The notes: a model not told the origin generated them from the sequence alone. Numbered from the stretch's first letter, positions 48,617-60,954 are shown. The stretch: DNA of 64,000 nt from Guillardia theta CCMP2712 (GCF_000315625.1 NW_005434625.1:327726-391725); one strand, 5' to 3'. Numbers and translations: made by a program.

Positions 48617-50976
48617 ATGGAGAAGGGGAGTAGAGACAGCTCACAACAAGCTGCATCCTCTGCAAGGAAGGAGGCGTCTGATTCGAAGCGAGGGAGAAAG
48701 GAGGTTCTGAAAGACCTTTCCAGCTCAGACGCGGCCTTGCTGTTCAGCAACTCATGGTTAGATAAGCATGCTGGCAGATGCTTACTCTTACCATGCATGC
48801 CTGCAGGCTATCCCACATCCCCTTGCTGACTGTTGCGATGTGCGAACCCAACGCACAGCCAAGCCTTGCGTTCGTCACATCTCAGATTGCAAAGGTATGA
48901 CGATCGAACGCCTGGCTTGGAAGCTCAACAGCTTCAAACACGCAGGGATGGAACTCAGACTTCTGCTGGGCGTCATGCTTCGAACCGAACTTCTTGGCTG
49001 CCCTCATGTATGAGGTGACACCTTTCCAACGACCAGGGAGCTCCGACTCATGGCTGCATATCAGGGATACCTGCCTACAGCCCATGGATCCATAAAGCCT
49101 AAAGAGTACATCTTGCTCCCGAAGCTGCACCAGCAGAGGTAGCTTGTTCACTTCCATGACGCCGCAGGGCTGACCTCGGGATTAGATGCATCATCAACTT
49201 CGAGGACCTTCATGTCCCCAAGGGGTTGATGCGCCGGTCTAGGTGGGATTTCTCGATCTCAACTTTGACCTCTCACGGTGGGCTGCAGAGGATACAAGCT
49301 CTCGACCGACTCGAGGTTTGATGAAGTGGTAACTGAGTCTGTGCTACTGTCCTCGCTCGAGTTCTCATACCTGCTGTCTGGCAGGTTGCCATGTGCCTTG
49401 AACAGCACAGCGAGAGCTGGCTGCATCCTCCTCTAGGTCTTCTTCCGCCTCTTCTGCACGTGGTTGGAAACCTGATGGTTGTTTGTTGATACCAGTGCAA
49501 GGCTTCAAGGGGCTGTTTCGATGCGGCGGGGTAGGACAGGTGCTGTCAGCAGCAAGTCGTGGATGTGTTTTATGACGCAGAGATTCAAAAGGTCCGCATA
49601 CACTCCATCGAAGTGAGTCACAATGGCGAGCTCGTTGCGGGGGAGTTGGGCTACTCAGTTGGTACGCGTCTTTGTTTCACGAACCCTCTGCCCTGTAAGG
49701 CGTTGACTCGCTGGTGTGTTAAAGGCAAGTCCTACTGCAGCCTATCTGGTTTTACGCGTGCAAGCTCTGCTGGTGAGTCGATTCAGCTTCTATCGATGCC
49801 TTGCTGATGTCTTTTCCTAGGGAGCGTCCAGTGTGTTGCTCTCGGCTTGCTGCTTCATCAGAGAGGATTTGAGTTTTGGGACCTTGGGATGGGAATGAAG
49901 GTAATTGCCGTCACATGGATGATCCGTTCATTGACACGTGCCTGATCATGCAGTACAAGCATCAGATGGGGGCCAAGGTCATTTAGTTCCTTGAAATGAG
50001 TGTATAACTGACATGTTGGTTTGAACAGGATTGTCCACGAATGTCATTCCTTGCTCAGCTGCATCGAGTTCGTGATCAGCCAAAGCCGGATCTGAAGATC
50101 GGTAACGAGCGTGACGCCTCTGAGAGAGGACTCTTTACACCTCTATTTGCCGCAGAGGATAAGGCGACCGACGAGCTTCTCAGCATGGCGTTCCGTGCAG
50201 GACAGTATGTGCGGATCAAGAACGAGCATCCGCAGCTAGGTGGTCGATGTCAGCTTAGAGGGCATGCAGTTTACGCTGTGGCTTCCAGGTGGCAAGATAG
50301 CAATCGTGAGCGATCGATGCGGAGCCTGGCTGAAGGTAATCAGCTCTGCTCTCGTGCTCTTGTTCGAATCACTGAAGCTCTGACGCTTTCCGTCGAGGTT
50401 CTGCTGGAGGGCCAAGACAAGCAGATTGTCAACCTCCCTCCTCACTTGCTGGAAGATGCTTGCCCCGCAAGCTCGACAGATTCTGCAGGAGACGGGAGCG
50501 ATCTGCCCTCCTCGCTGCGGGGACTTGGAATGCGAAACCAGCTTAACTCGATGCGGCTCAAGGGAGGGGGGCAGGCGGGGGAAGCAGCAAGCGCAAGCAA
50601 AGGAGATGAGGGGTCGCAGGAAGAGACTGACAGCCATCTGACGACTCTCAAGGCTAACCGCCCGCTGCTGTCGGAGGCGAAGGTCTGCCGAGCACTTGGA
50701 GGCTCGTCGTCACACTGAGCTTACGCAGGTGCAGCATCACAGGCTGTGGGAGACGCGGCTCTCGCGGCGGAAGGCTCTCCGACCGCTGCTGATGGAGGTG
50801 GGAGCTCAAGGCTGGGAGCGTGCGGGGTCAGTGAGCTTGTGACAGATCCTGGAGCGGCGGGAGAGGGACAGCGGATTGAGCAAGAGAGGGAAGCGAGGTA
50901 GGACATGCGCGGGGAGCCTGTTTGCGTGACGAGGTTGACAGTACTGCGAAAGCTCAAGAGGCGCGAGAAGGAATGA
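48617..50976 (+). CDS. Leucyl/phenylalanyl-tRNA-protein transferase (Aat/ATEL1)-like protein with a C-terminal extension
   Basis: Spliced: DFCWASCFEPNFLAALMYE|GYLP...ILLPKLHQQR|CIINFEDLHVPK...CLEQHSESWL...IHSIEVSHNGELVAGELGYSVG|KSYCSLSGFTRASSAG|SVQCVALGLLLHQRGFEFWDLGMGMK|YKHQMGAK. HS.E...GELV.G..G is the Aat signature. Confidence 0.85.
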
Positions 50977-51496
50977 TACGAGGATGCTCCTGTTTTCTAA
51001 ACGCTTCCAACTCCGAGCACTCGCCCCCTCCCCCACCACGCCTCCGCGCTCGCCTCCCGCTCTCTCGTCCAACTGCACCCCAAAGTTGCCTGACCCCATC
51101 GTGCTCCTCCTTGCGGCTCCTCCTTGCATCCTCGTCTGCTAGGCATAGCCGCCTCGTCTCCTCCCGCCATCCCCTTCCCCCGCACACCCCCGCCGCTCCC
51201 CTCCCCCCGCACACCCCCGCCGCTCCCCTCGCCTGCAGTTTCCCTGTGCCCTGCCCCCGTATTTTCATTTCACCTCTTTGGTCGTTCTGAGTGAGGAGGC
51301 CGCCGGGAACACTATGAAGGTGCAGCGCGAGGAGGGAGGGAGGGAGGGAGGGAGGGAGGGGAGGGGAGGGAGGGAGGGAGGGAGGGAGGGGAGGGAGAGG
51401 AGGGAGGGAGGGAGGATGGCAAAGGCAGGATTTTGCAGTGGTGATTCAGGACGGAGAGGAAGGGGAGGGGATCCATGGTCTTACCGCAGGGCAGGG

Positions 51497-53422
51497 ATGC
51501 GTCAAGTTCTGATCGCTACCTGCCTCCTGCTCCTCGTCGCTTCATCGTCCTCTTTCTCCATCAACATGGTGTGCTCGATCGCTGCTCCTGCTCTCCACCC
51601 GCTCCTCATCCCATGCCATTTCCCTTCAGGCAGCCGCCGGACCGAAGATCCTCAAGTTCAACGAGAGGTACACGGCAGAGACATCAAACCCAAGTGGTGA
51701 GCTTCTGTAATCTTCCCACTCCCTAGTCCTCCTCGCCTCTCCTCTAGTCTTCTCCCTCTGCTCTGCTCTGCTCTGCTCTGCTCTGCTCTGCTCCCCTCTG
51801 TCTCCCATCCCTCCTCTCGTAGCATGCCGCTGATGTCTCTTGACAGCCACCTTCTCCATCTCGACGTACAATGTCCTCATGCCCAACAGCGAGGACGGCT
51901 GGTGGGTCTACAAGTACTACCAGAGCCATGTGCCGAGGGAGCTAAGGGAGTGGGAAGCGAGACAGGGGAGGATGAAGGACCTGCTCCTGCACCATGGTGG
52001 CTCCGACATTGTGTGCATCCAGGAGGCGTGCGGCAGCAGCTTCGACAAGGACTTTGCGTTCATGACGGAGGCTGGCTATGACTCGATGCTGCACAACAAG
52101 TTCCGTTTCAGGACAGCCACATTCTGGAAGAAGGACAGGTTCAGCCTCGTCGCTGCCTCCCACAAGGACCGCGTGCTGATCACGCGGCTCCGACTTGCCC
52201 AGCAGGCGACCGAGGGGCTGAAGGCGTCGGACCTCTGTGTCGTCAACTGCCACCTGACTGGAGGGCCCAACGCCGACAAGAGGCTGCGGCAGGTAGAGGA
52301 GGAGAGGAGAAGAGGAGAGGAGGAGAGGAGGAGAGGAGGAGAGGAGAGGAGAAGGGAAAAAAGGGGGGAAGAGAGGAGGAGAGGAGGAGAGGAGGAGATA
52401 GAGAAGGGCTCCTGCTACATTCGCTGACCTGGGCTAAGGTGCACGATGCGCTCGACCAGCTCCGCAAGGACGCGAAGAAGCAGGACGTCGACCTTCCTCC
52501 TCCCACCGTCGTCTGTGGCGATTTCAATGAGGACGGCGAGTCTGCGGCTGCTCTTCTACTCAAGGACGGAGAAGTTCCGGCGGGTCACAAGGTCCGAGGG
52601 GTGGAAGTCACGTCCAAGGCCAAGAAGCAGGTGCTCGGGCCCTTCCACGACGCCCATGGTGTCGCATACGCCGCTGCCAATGAGCCCCGGCTGCCCACGA
52701 TAGTCTGCCCCAACCTCGACTCGGCGATGATCATGGCGGAAGGAGCAGAGGAGGCAGGAGGTGACGCCTCTGCGAAGCTCGTCCCTACCCCCTCGCTGCT
52801 CGATGCGCTCAAGAAGGCCTTTGATGCGCTGGGAGGCGGGAAGGAGGAGCTGGAGGAAGAGGTAGAGGATGGAAGAGATGCTGCGGGAGAGGATGATAAT
52901 GTCGCAGGACGTGGAGAGGTGGCTAGTGACGATCAACGGGCAGATGGGAAGAGGGTCAGAGTTTCGCAACGCCATGGCCTGCATGGAGGAGAAGGGACGG
53001 AGGACCCTGAGCCTGGAGGACTTCACTTCCATCTACATGAAGGAGCTCCGGGAAGGAAAGTTCTGGGGTGTCGACCACGACCTGCGGCAGGCGCTCGGAT
53101 GCCCTGTCGAAGGAGCAGGGGGTAAAGAATCGTTCCAGGTCATCCTGCTCCGTCTGCTGTTTGATCCTGCTGACGTGCAAGCACCGCAGGCCGTCTACGA
53201 CTACATCTACTTCAACCAGGTTCGTCGCCTTGCAGCTCACCCGCGCGTCGAGTGACGTGGACGCAGCAGGGCCTGGAGCTCCTGGGTATCTGCGAGGCGA
53301 TGGAGGAGGAGGACATGCGTCGAGCTAGAAGCGGGGCTGATCCGCTCCCTAACGACAAGTTTCCTTCGGATCACGTCATGCAGACTGCAGTGTTGAGGCT
53401 GAAGGAACCGGGTTCAAGTTGA
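51497..53422 (+). CDS. Endonuclease/exonuclease/phosphatase (CCR4/nocturnin/Angel-like) protein with an EF-hand-like insertion and a probable bipartite plastid-targeting leader
   Basis: Catalytic motifs STYNVL, DIVCIQE, VVNCHL, VVCGDFN, YDYIYF and FPSDH are all present. Insert LKKAFDALGGGKEEL...RTLSLEDFTSIY. N-terminus MRQVLIATCLLLLVASSSS-F. Confidence 0.88.
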
Positions 53423-53439
53423 TTCCTTCACTTAACATT

Positions 53440-55500
53440 TTAGTTGGACTGGAACAAGGCTTCTCGCAGGCGACTCTGTGCCTTGGTATGGAAGATCAGC
53501 TTCGACCGATAGGTGGTATCAGATGACTGCGCTGCCGCCCTTGCTGCTGATTCCCTTCTGTTGTGAAAATCCTCCAAGTACGACTCGTTGATAATCTTCG
53601 ATCGTCGCACCTTGCTGTCTGACTTGGGGGACGACCTTCCCATCAGGACCTCCGTCCTCCCCTTCTCGACTATGAGCCCGTACTCTGAATGCCTCCGCGG
53701 CTGCGATGAATGAAGTTGGTGGCTCCTCTGCAGGTCGTGTCAGCCTCTCCCTCCCTCTCCCCCACCCTCCTCCCCCTCAGCTCCTCTCACCCGGCTCCTC
53801 GCGTCCCGATGATGGCTCCACTCTTCTTTCGCCATCCCGGGCTCGGGAGAGTTTCTACAGCAAGGACAGTGAGTGGCCTCGAGAGGACGCGGCGGTCGGT
53901 ACCTGCACTCCAGGTCCTTACAGATCTCATCTGCAGAGGGAGTTTGTCAGTAGCTGGGCAGATGCTGGGGAGGTGAACGTACGAAAGTCTATCTGTGACG
54001 AGGGGCGCAGCTTCCCCTGCAGATTCTGCAGCACCCCGTCAGCTTCCTTGCCCCCTACCCGATCGTCGAACCTCTTGGAACTTGTAGAGCTGCGGCGGCG
54101 TGCTCAGGTCCACGCTGGCGGCTCTTCGTTGTCGAGCTGATGACCGCGTTACTGCCCCACCACCTGGACGGATGTCGCTGACCTGGCGTTGGAATTTTCT
54201 CTTGCAGGTTCGAGATCTTGACAGGCTGCAGCCCTGCACGCCTGTCAGCTGAGCTTCAGCTGCTCTAGTCATGCCACCGGAACGTTGCTCCCTTGCGTGA
54301 GGTATCTGGACGTCATCCAGCGCGGTTTTCCTCAGCGCGACGCCGATCTTGTTCTCCGCCTGCGGTGAGATGATCCCACGTGAAGATGGGGAGGAGATGA
54401 GTGGCTGACCTCAGTCGAGGACGGCTCAGAAGAGCCATACCTCCTCTCGTCCCCTTCCGAGTCTCTCCTCAGCTTCGGCAGCCTCTTCCTATCTACATCG
54501 CTGGCATTCGTCTTGCTTTCCTGTATCCATGGGCACATGAAGACTGTGTTACAATGCTTGAAGCTCACTTCTGCAGCAGAACAAGTCATCTCTCCCCCTT
54601 GCGAGCCTCCAGGCCCCTCACTCACCTGACAGGCTTTGAGTTTCCGCTTGCATCCACTCCAGAAACAGCTCAGCGCAGGGCATGCACAGCACAATCTTTG
54701 CACGAACAAGTTCAGGACGAGCGGCAGTGTGACCCCGTACCTTTCTGCCGCAAGACAACTTGATCGTGGTGCACTGATCGCTGGCTTTGCATCGATTGCA
54801 ATCTCCCTCCGCACTCCCAGCAGCTGAACCCCCACAAGTCAAACAACAGCAGGAGCTCCACCAACACACGCACATGAACTGTTTGCGCTTCCATGCAGAC
54901 CGTTGTGCGTTCTGATGGAGAAACGTACCCTCGCGCTGAAGACATGTTTCACTCGTGGAATCATGGCAAGTAGCAGGACTCACATGGTGTTCTTGAGCAC
55001 AGTCTTCCGGTGTGTTTGCCCCTTCTCCTTCTCCTTCTCCTTCAACTCCGGCTTTCCAGGGGTCAGACTCTTCGAGATAGAAAACATCCCCCCATAGGAC
55101 GTCGTATATTTATCAGAATCTTCCGAGAAATCATGCATGGCCATGTCTTGGGGCAATACTCAACACTAACGGTGACGATCAATCCAGCTGTCAAAGTTTT
55201 TGCAATGTCCTCCTGCTGATTCAATGCTATTGATATCGTCCAATGTTTAGATGTGCCACTCTGTTCAAAGGATTTCCTTGGTTTTCATCATGCTCCCTCC
55301 ACGGGGTTCCAGGTGACAAGAGGAGAGCTCGTTCGCTCTTTGATGTATCGGCCAAGCCAAGAAGCCCTTGTTTGGTTCAAGCCCCTTGCTCAAGCAGGCT
55401 CATTGTGTGTTCACACGTCCTCTCTCCGCCGCTCACTCAGTCCCAGGGGCTGGCCCATGCTCTGGCGCCATACGGGTCACTGTCAGCCAGGTCCTGGACC
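53440..55500 (-). CDS. Hypothetical multi-exon protein
   Basis: Last exon is ORF 53440-53643 (KIINESYLEDFHNRR...). Upstream segments are flanked by GT/AG with CTGAC branch points. No family recognised. Confidence 0.35.
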
Positions 55501-55739
55501 CTCATAGTGTAGCATCCCAGTACTGTTTTGAAAGTTGAGTGAAGTTTCCATACCCACCACCGGTCATCCGTTGAGGGGCTGGATGCGTTATTAACCCTCG
55601 TACCCCCCACCCCAGGCTGGGATCGCCTCACCCCAGTGACCGTTTGACCGGTGGGTGAAAATTAATTGGTACCCACCCGTTACAGTACAGTGGTACGGCT
55701 TAACTTTGAGTAACTTGTGACTGCTCGGGGGCCCTTTCG

Positions 55740-56490
55740 GAAGTTTCACTGTACGGTCACGCCCGGTCGCACGCCGTTCGCGCCATCCGATCCGAGTGCC
55801 CCCCCGGGCCGCCGGGCGGGCCGGGGGCCGCCGGACGGCGGCCCGGACTCCGGGAGCCCGACGGTCGAGTGAACGTACCGAAACTTGAGTCATTGCCACT
55901 GCTAGTGGGCCGCGCTACGGTACGGTACTACTGACCGTCAAAAACTCGGCGTACTGGGCCGACCGTACGTTACGCGGCACGGTCCGGCGGCGCGGAAGTC
56001 GGATTTCACTGCTGAGTTTTTAGCCGGTAGTAGCCGTTCAATGAACAGTGGTCCCGGCCCGGCGCGCCGGGCGCTGAGCCTCGCCGGAGGTCCCGGCCGG
56101 GCCCTGCAGTGTGACCGTCCCTGCGCGGGGCCCCGGGCCCGGCCCGGGCCGGGGGCGGCACCATCATCAACTCCGGGCCGGGCCCGGGCCGTTGGCGCGG
56201 CATAGGCTCAGTCAGGTACGGTCGCGCCTCTGGCTGCCCCCAGTGCCCCGCGGCGGCCGGGCCCGGCGGCCCGCAGCCTGTCGGCCGTCACCGCCTGTCA
56301 GTCAGAGTGTAACAGCACCCGGCGGTGACTGTACGACTCTTGAAACGGCGGCGAGACTCAGGCCCTGAGGAGATCTTCGGACCGGGAAACTGAGACACAG
56401 TGACAGCGAGTACTAGTGGGCCCGGCCGGGCGCCGGCGCGGCGGCCGCTCGGGCGGCCCACTGTCAAACGTGACCCCGGAACCGTTGATA
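55740..56490. repeat. GC-rich, palindrome-dense intergenic element
   Basis: Dense CCGGGCCCGG, GGCCGGCC, CCGTACGG and GGCGCGCC palindromes, sharply different from the AT-richer flanks. Same style as 32230-32745. Confidence 0.55.
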
Positions 56491-57900
56491 CTCGTGTCAT
56501 TGACTATCTCTGTGTTGTGAGAACAACACAAATGGAATACCAATGTCACAATATAACCATGGCCAAGAATGAATTTGCATTTCCACGGTTGTATTGAGCC
56601 AAAGCTTTTGCAAATCGTTCCCCTGGCAGCTGAGGGGCACTTATCTAGGAGGTACTCAGTATCTGGTAGTCTGTCATTCCAGGATACTGTAGTACTTTTC
56701 AGTGATCATCATGAGCCGCTTAACAGTCACTGAGGCGAGTCAGTAGGTCGAGAAGCCAAGCTGAGATTCGACAGCATGAACAGTGCTTTTTCGGACTGAT
56801 TGGTCAGTGGAGTTGATTGGATAGATTCCAGGGGCACAATGATTGCAATCAGAGACGACAGCTTTTTGAGCCAGCTTTCCTTTTTTTCTAATGAGCATTT
56901 TCATTTATTGAACAGAGTACAATTTTATTTGAAAACATCATAAGCATCTGCATTGAAGGTAATACATCAAATCTGAAAAGCATGAAACTGTGCAATTTTC
57001 ATTCCCGGATGAATTCCAATGAACCAAGTACATGCATGCACGAGTTACTATGAAAATATGCCCTCATCACATGAAAGGGAAGGGAGACAGGGGAAGAGGG
57101 GCGTTGAGAAGGGGCACATGCTGCTAAAAGTAAACAGCAACTCTGAGTGCATTCAATGCATCACATACCACAGGGTACAGACCATGGTTCGAACATGGAA
57201 CAGCTACATTCATGGAAGATGTTCACTTTGGATATGCTTGTTATCTCCATGTCTTATCACCCTGAGATTCGAATCTTGCAAAGCCTGAGCCTGCATGCTT
57301 AACTTAACGTTTCGATTCGCACATTCCCTTTTGTCCTTGGAGGAATGTTGTGGAGTTGGGGACTAGCTTGGCTTCAACTACCCCTACCGTATCTTTGGTA
57401 AACAAAATCTCATCTAAAGCAGGGGTAGAGGGTTATTCTGCGTGTTTCGGCAATCGAACTCGATCCTTTCCCGCTTTTTTTTTGGGAGGGGGCGTGACCT
57501 TCACTGCTTTAAACCCTATCTTGATACTTAGAACCCTTTACGTGCTACCCCCACCCTTGGACGACTTGGGTGTTTGCCCGAGCCCTCACTAATCATCGTG
57601 GGGGTGATCAAGATATGCCGCACAAGATAAGGTGGGTAGGGGTTATAATGCACCACTCGACATACGCAAAATAGTGAGTCCCCCAATTCTGTAGCTCCTA
57701 CGCAAAGTTGCTAGGCCCTCTTACGCAACGTGGTCCTACATTCGTCTTGGGGAGTCTCGATGGGTCGTAACAAACAAAAAGCAAAGTCACGAAAAGCTCT
57801 CTTTTGGAAGTCTACGCCCCTTCCTTTCCCCCTTGCCCCTTATAATTCCCCAACCACGTCCCTTACCATCATCGCTACCTTGGTGAGCGGACTGCGCAGC

Positions 57901-59844
57901 ATGGCCACCCAGTACGTAGCCGCCCCCCCTGCTGCGGGTCCTCCGCAAGGGGACGAGAAGCCACTGAAGGATCACGTCTCAAGCAAAGTTGCGGCTCAGA
58001 CTATCCTCCGTAAGATCGATGAAGATGAGACGTTCTTCAGCTGGAAGATCATCCAAACCATCATTGCAGCTGGCGGTGGCTTTATGGTGGATGCCTACGA
58101 TTTGTTCGTTATCGGTCTGTTGACAAAGCTCATCGGTCGCATCTACTATCCGGATGTGCGTTACTTTCCCCTGGGTTACTGCAATCAGATTGGCAACATC
58201 ACTACCTACTATCAGACGGATCCTGGCAACAATTGGGCTCCGATTCCTCACAAATGTGGTTCTAACTGGCATACACTGGCAGAATGGCTGCCCAACAATA
58301 TTCAGGGCTGGGATCAAATGAGTGTCGAGGATCAGTACAAGAAGGCACTTCAATATGCGCCAAGCGACCTGCCAAATCGCTCGAACTATGCACTTGCTTC
58401 CGTAGCTTTGATTGGCACTCTTGTTGGACAGCTCACCTTTGGCCACTTGGCAGATCTGTTTGGTCGCAAACCTGTTCATATTGTCACTATGGTTATCATT
58501 TCTATCGCTGCTCTTTGCTCTGGCATGTCTTTCGGTACCACTGGTGACGCTGTCGTCGGAACTTTGTGCATGTGGCGTTTCCTGCTCGGACTTGGCATTG
58601 GTGGCATTTATCCTCTCAGCGCTACTGTTATGAGTGAGACTGCAAGCACTAAGTACCGCGGCACTTACATTTCTGCTGTCTTCGCGTTCCAGGGCTTCGG
58701 TTTCTTGCTGGCTGGAACTGTGGTGATCATTCTCGCTGCCATCTGGATGCCATACCCGGATGCTGGAGATTTCCTGTGGAGGACCGCGTTTGCCCTCGCA
58801 AGCGTTCCGCCATGCATTACCTTGTACTACCGAATGATCATCCCTGAAACTGAGAGGTATGAGGTTAACGTGAAGGGAGACATTCAAACCGCAGCCAAGC
58901 AACTCGGAATCGACAACGATCCAACAATTATCAAGGCTACTGGTCTTAAGGCCAAGGGTCACACCTGGAGATCTTTTCTCGACCTGTATGGTCTTCCCCT
59001 CATGGGTTGCGCTTTTTCGTGGTTCCTTCTTGACATCGCCTTCTACTCTCAGGGTTTGTTCCAGAGTGACGTGTTCAGCATCGTCGGCTGGCTTCCTGCC
59101 GCTTACACCATGAACGCCATTGAGGAGACCTACCGCATTGCTCGCGCTCAGCTGATCATCTCCCTTGCCTCCATCATCCCCGGTTACTGGTTCACTGTAG
59201 CTACCATCGAGATCATGGGACGCACCAAGATCCAGTACATGGGATTCTTCTTCATGACCCTCTTCATGGGCATCCTGGCTGGGTTGTACGACCAGCTCAA
59301 GGGGGAGGTTTCCAACTTCATCGCGCTGTACGCTCTCACCTTCTTCTTCTCCAACTGGGGCCCCAACTCTACCACCTACGTCTTGCCAGCTGAGGTCTTC
59401 CCATCCTGGTTCAGAGCCACCGCCCACGGTATCTGCGCTGCCACAGGTAAGGCTGGCGCGATCGTCGGGTCTTACGGGTTTGGTATTCTCAAGGATACTC
59501 CTAAACACAACGCCGGCCTCAAGACAGTCCTCATCGTCCTTACCATCGTCAATGCTCTCGGACTTCTCACCACGATCCCCATCCCTGAGACCAAGGGCAA
59601 GACACTCGAGGAGCTCGGGCGCGAGGGCGAGGACATGTCCAGCATGCACACCGAGGAGAGCCAGGATGAGCCTTCCAGCGCTCAGAACGTGTACCTCCCT
59701 GGTCAATATCCGGTCCCGTATCCCGGTCAGACTCCTGTCATGATGATGCCGGCTCAACAACAGATGATGCCGATGGCTGTCCAACCTCAGATGATGGCGA
59801 TGCAACCTCAGATGACTTATCCTGCAATGATGGGACAAGCCTGA
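57901..59844 (+). CDS. MFS inorganic phosphate transporter, PHT1/Pho84 family (intronless)
   Basis: AAGGGFMVDAYDLF; GTLVGQLTFGHLADLFGRK; WRFLLGLGIGGIYPLSATVMSE; RGTYISAVFAFQGFG; WFLLDIAFYSQGLFQ; FFSNWGPNSTTYVLPAEVFP...RATAHGICAATGKAGA; IPETKGKTLEEL. Confidence 0.96.
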   Translation: MATQYVAAPPAAGPPQGDEKPLKDHVSSKVAAQTILRKIDEDETFFSWKIIQTIIAAGGGFMVDAYDLFVIGLLTKLIGRIYYPDVRYFPLGYCNQIGNITTYYQTDPGNNWAPIPHKCGSNWHTLAEWLPNNIQGWDQMSVEDQYKKALQYAPSDLPNRSNYALASVALIGTLVGQLTFGHLADLFGRKPVHIVTMVIISIAALCSGMSFGTTGDAVVGTLCMWRFLLGLGIGGIYPLSATVMSETASTKYRGTYISAVFAFQGFGFLLAGTVVIILAAIWMPYPDAGDFLWRTAFALASVPPCITLYYRMIIPETERYEVNVKGDIQTAAKQLGIDNDPTIIKATGLKAKGHTWRSFLDLYGLPLMGCAFSWFLLDIAFYSQGLFQSDVFSIVGWLPAAYTMNAIEETYRIARAQLIISLASIIPGYWFTVATIEIMGRTKIQYMGFFFMTLFMGILAGLYDQLKGEVSNFIALYALTFFFSNWGPNSTTYVLPAEVFPSWFRATAHGICAATGKAGAIVGSYGFGILKDTPKHNAGLKTVLIVLTIVNALGLLTTIPIPETKGKTLEELGREGEDMSSMHTEESQDEPSSAQNVYLPGQYPVPYPGQTPVMMMPAQQQMMPMAVQPQMMAMQPQMTYPAMMGQA

Positions 59845-60954
59845 ATTTTAAGTGTATGTGATTAAAAAGTTCAATTGACGTCTCCTTGTACTTGTATTGT
59901 TACAGGTCTCCCACACTAGCCCTTTCAAGTCAACCGATCCGAATGGAAAAGTAACGTCAAATCACTTAAAGGTCTCATCATTCATTCTGGACGCATGGGC
60001 CATAAGGGATATCATCACCTCAGTTACACAAGTTACTTCCTGACTCAGGATTTGAAGCAGTTCCTAGAGTGCCAAGATCGAGTCATATTACGATTCAGTA
60101 GGAGTAGGACAAGTCGTCTCTTTCCCCTCTCATTCCGGCATCCGATGGCCGTTAAGTCCGTCGAAGGCTAGATGTGACCGGCCCGAAGTCGACTGTGATG
60201 TCAGTAGAAATCACTAAAAGAACTTGTTGCAAGCTCAGGTTCTACCGCCACAGTCACACTGATGGCTGACCTCTTGGTTACTGCCAGTCCGATGAGCTCT
60301 AGGGCTCAAAGACGTGCTCGTCCACAGTAGAAGCTCTAAAGACCATCCATCGACATGTAACGACTTTGCTGCCACTGTTGATTCCAAGTTGAAGAACTGA
60401 CATACTCCTCCACACTACTATCTCAGCCACCCGTTGTAGGTTCTTGTCAGATTTGCTGATATCAGTGCTGCAGCGATAAACTCCTTGCTTGTGATGGATC
60501 TAGATTGTAAATCCTTTCCCCCTCTTCCCCACCCTCGTCCGTCCTCATACGGTTCTCTGACCCTCTTCCCCAGTGCCGCTCCTTCCGGCTCCTCAGGCAC
60601 TCCCTTCCAATCTCGCTGTACATTCAGCCGCACCTGCTCTCCCCACCTCTCCTACTCTTCGTCTCCATAAACGTTTGTTTGTTACACAGCTCGATGAACT
60701 GCAAAGAAGAGCAAGACGAGCTGCAAAAGCCTGCTAGCAACGAATCTGAAGGCTGACAGTAACCTGGAAAGACAACTTCGTCTCGAGCTTGACTTCATCG
60801 CAAGAAAACAAATGCTAGTCGTACCGTGACAAACATGCACACCCCTTGCCCTGAATGCAGACTCCCACCAAACAAGCGCTTTGAAAAGACAACATTCGTT
60901 TATTATCGTACAGTTCGTATCTACAGCAATATCGTACATCTCCCCGGTCCTTCC

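Noticed and set aside
57979-59838. 619-aa antisense ORF over the phosphate transporter
   Set aside because: A codon-bias shadow of a strongly conserved sense gene, with no recognisable motifs.
59900-60830. Possible small gene between the transporter and the palindrome
   Set aside because: I could not build a consistent exon chain or recognise any motif.
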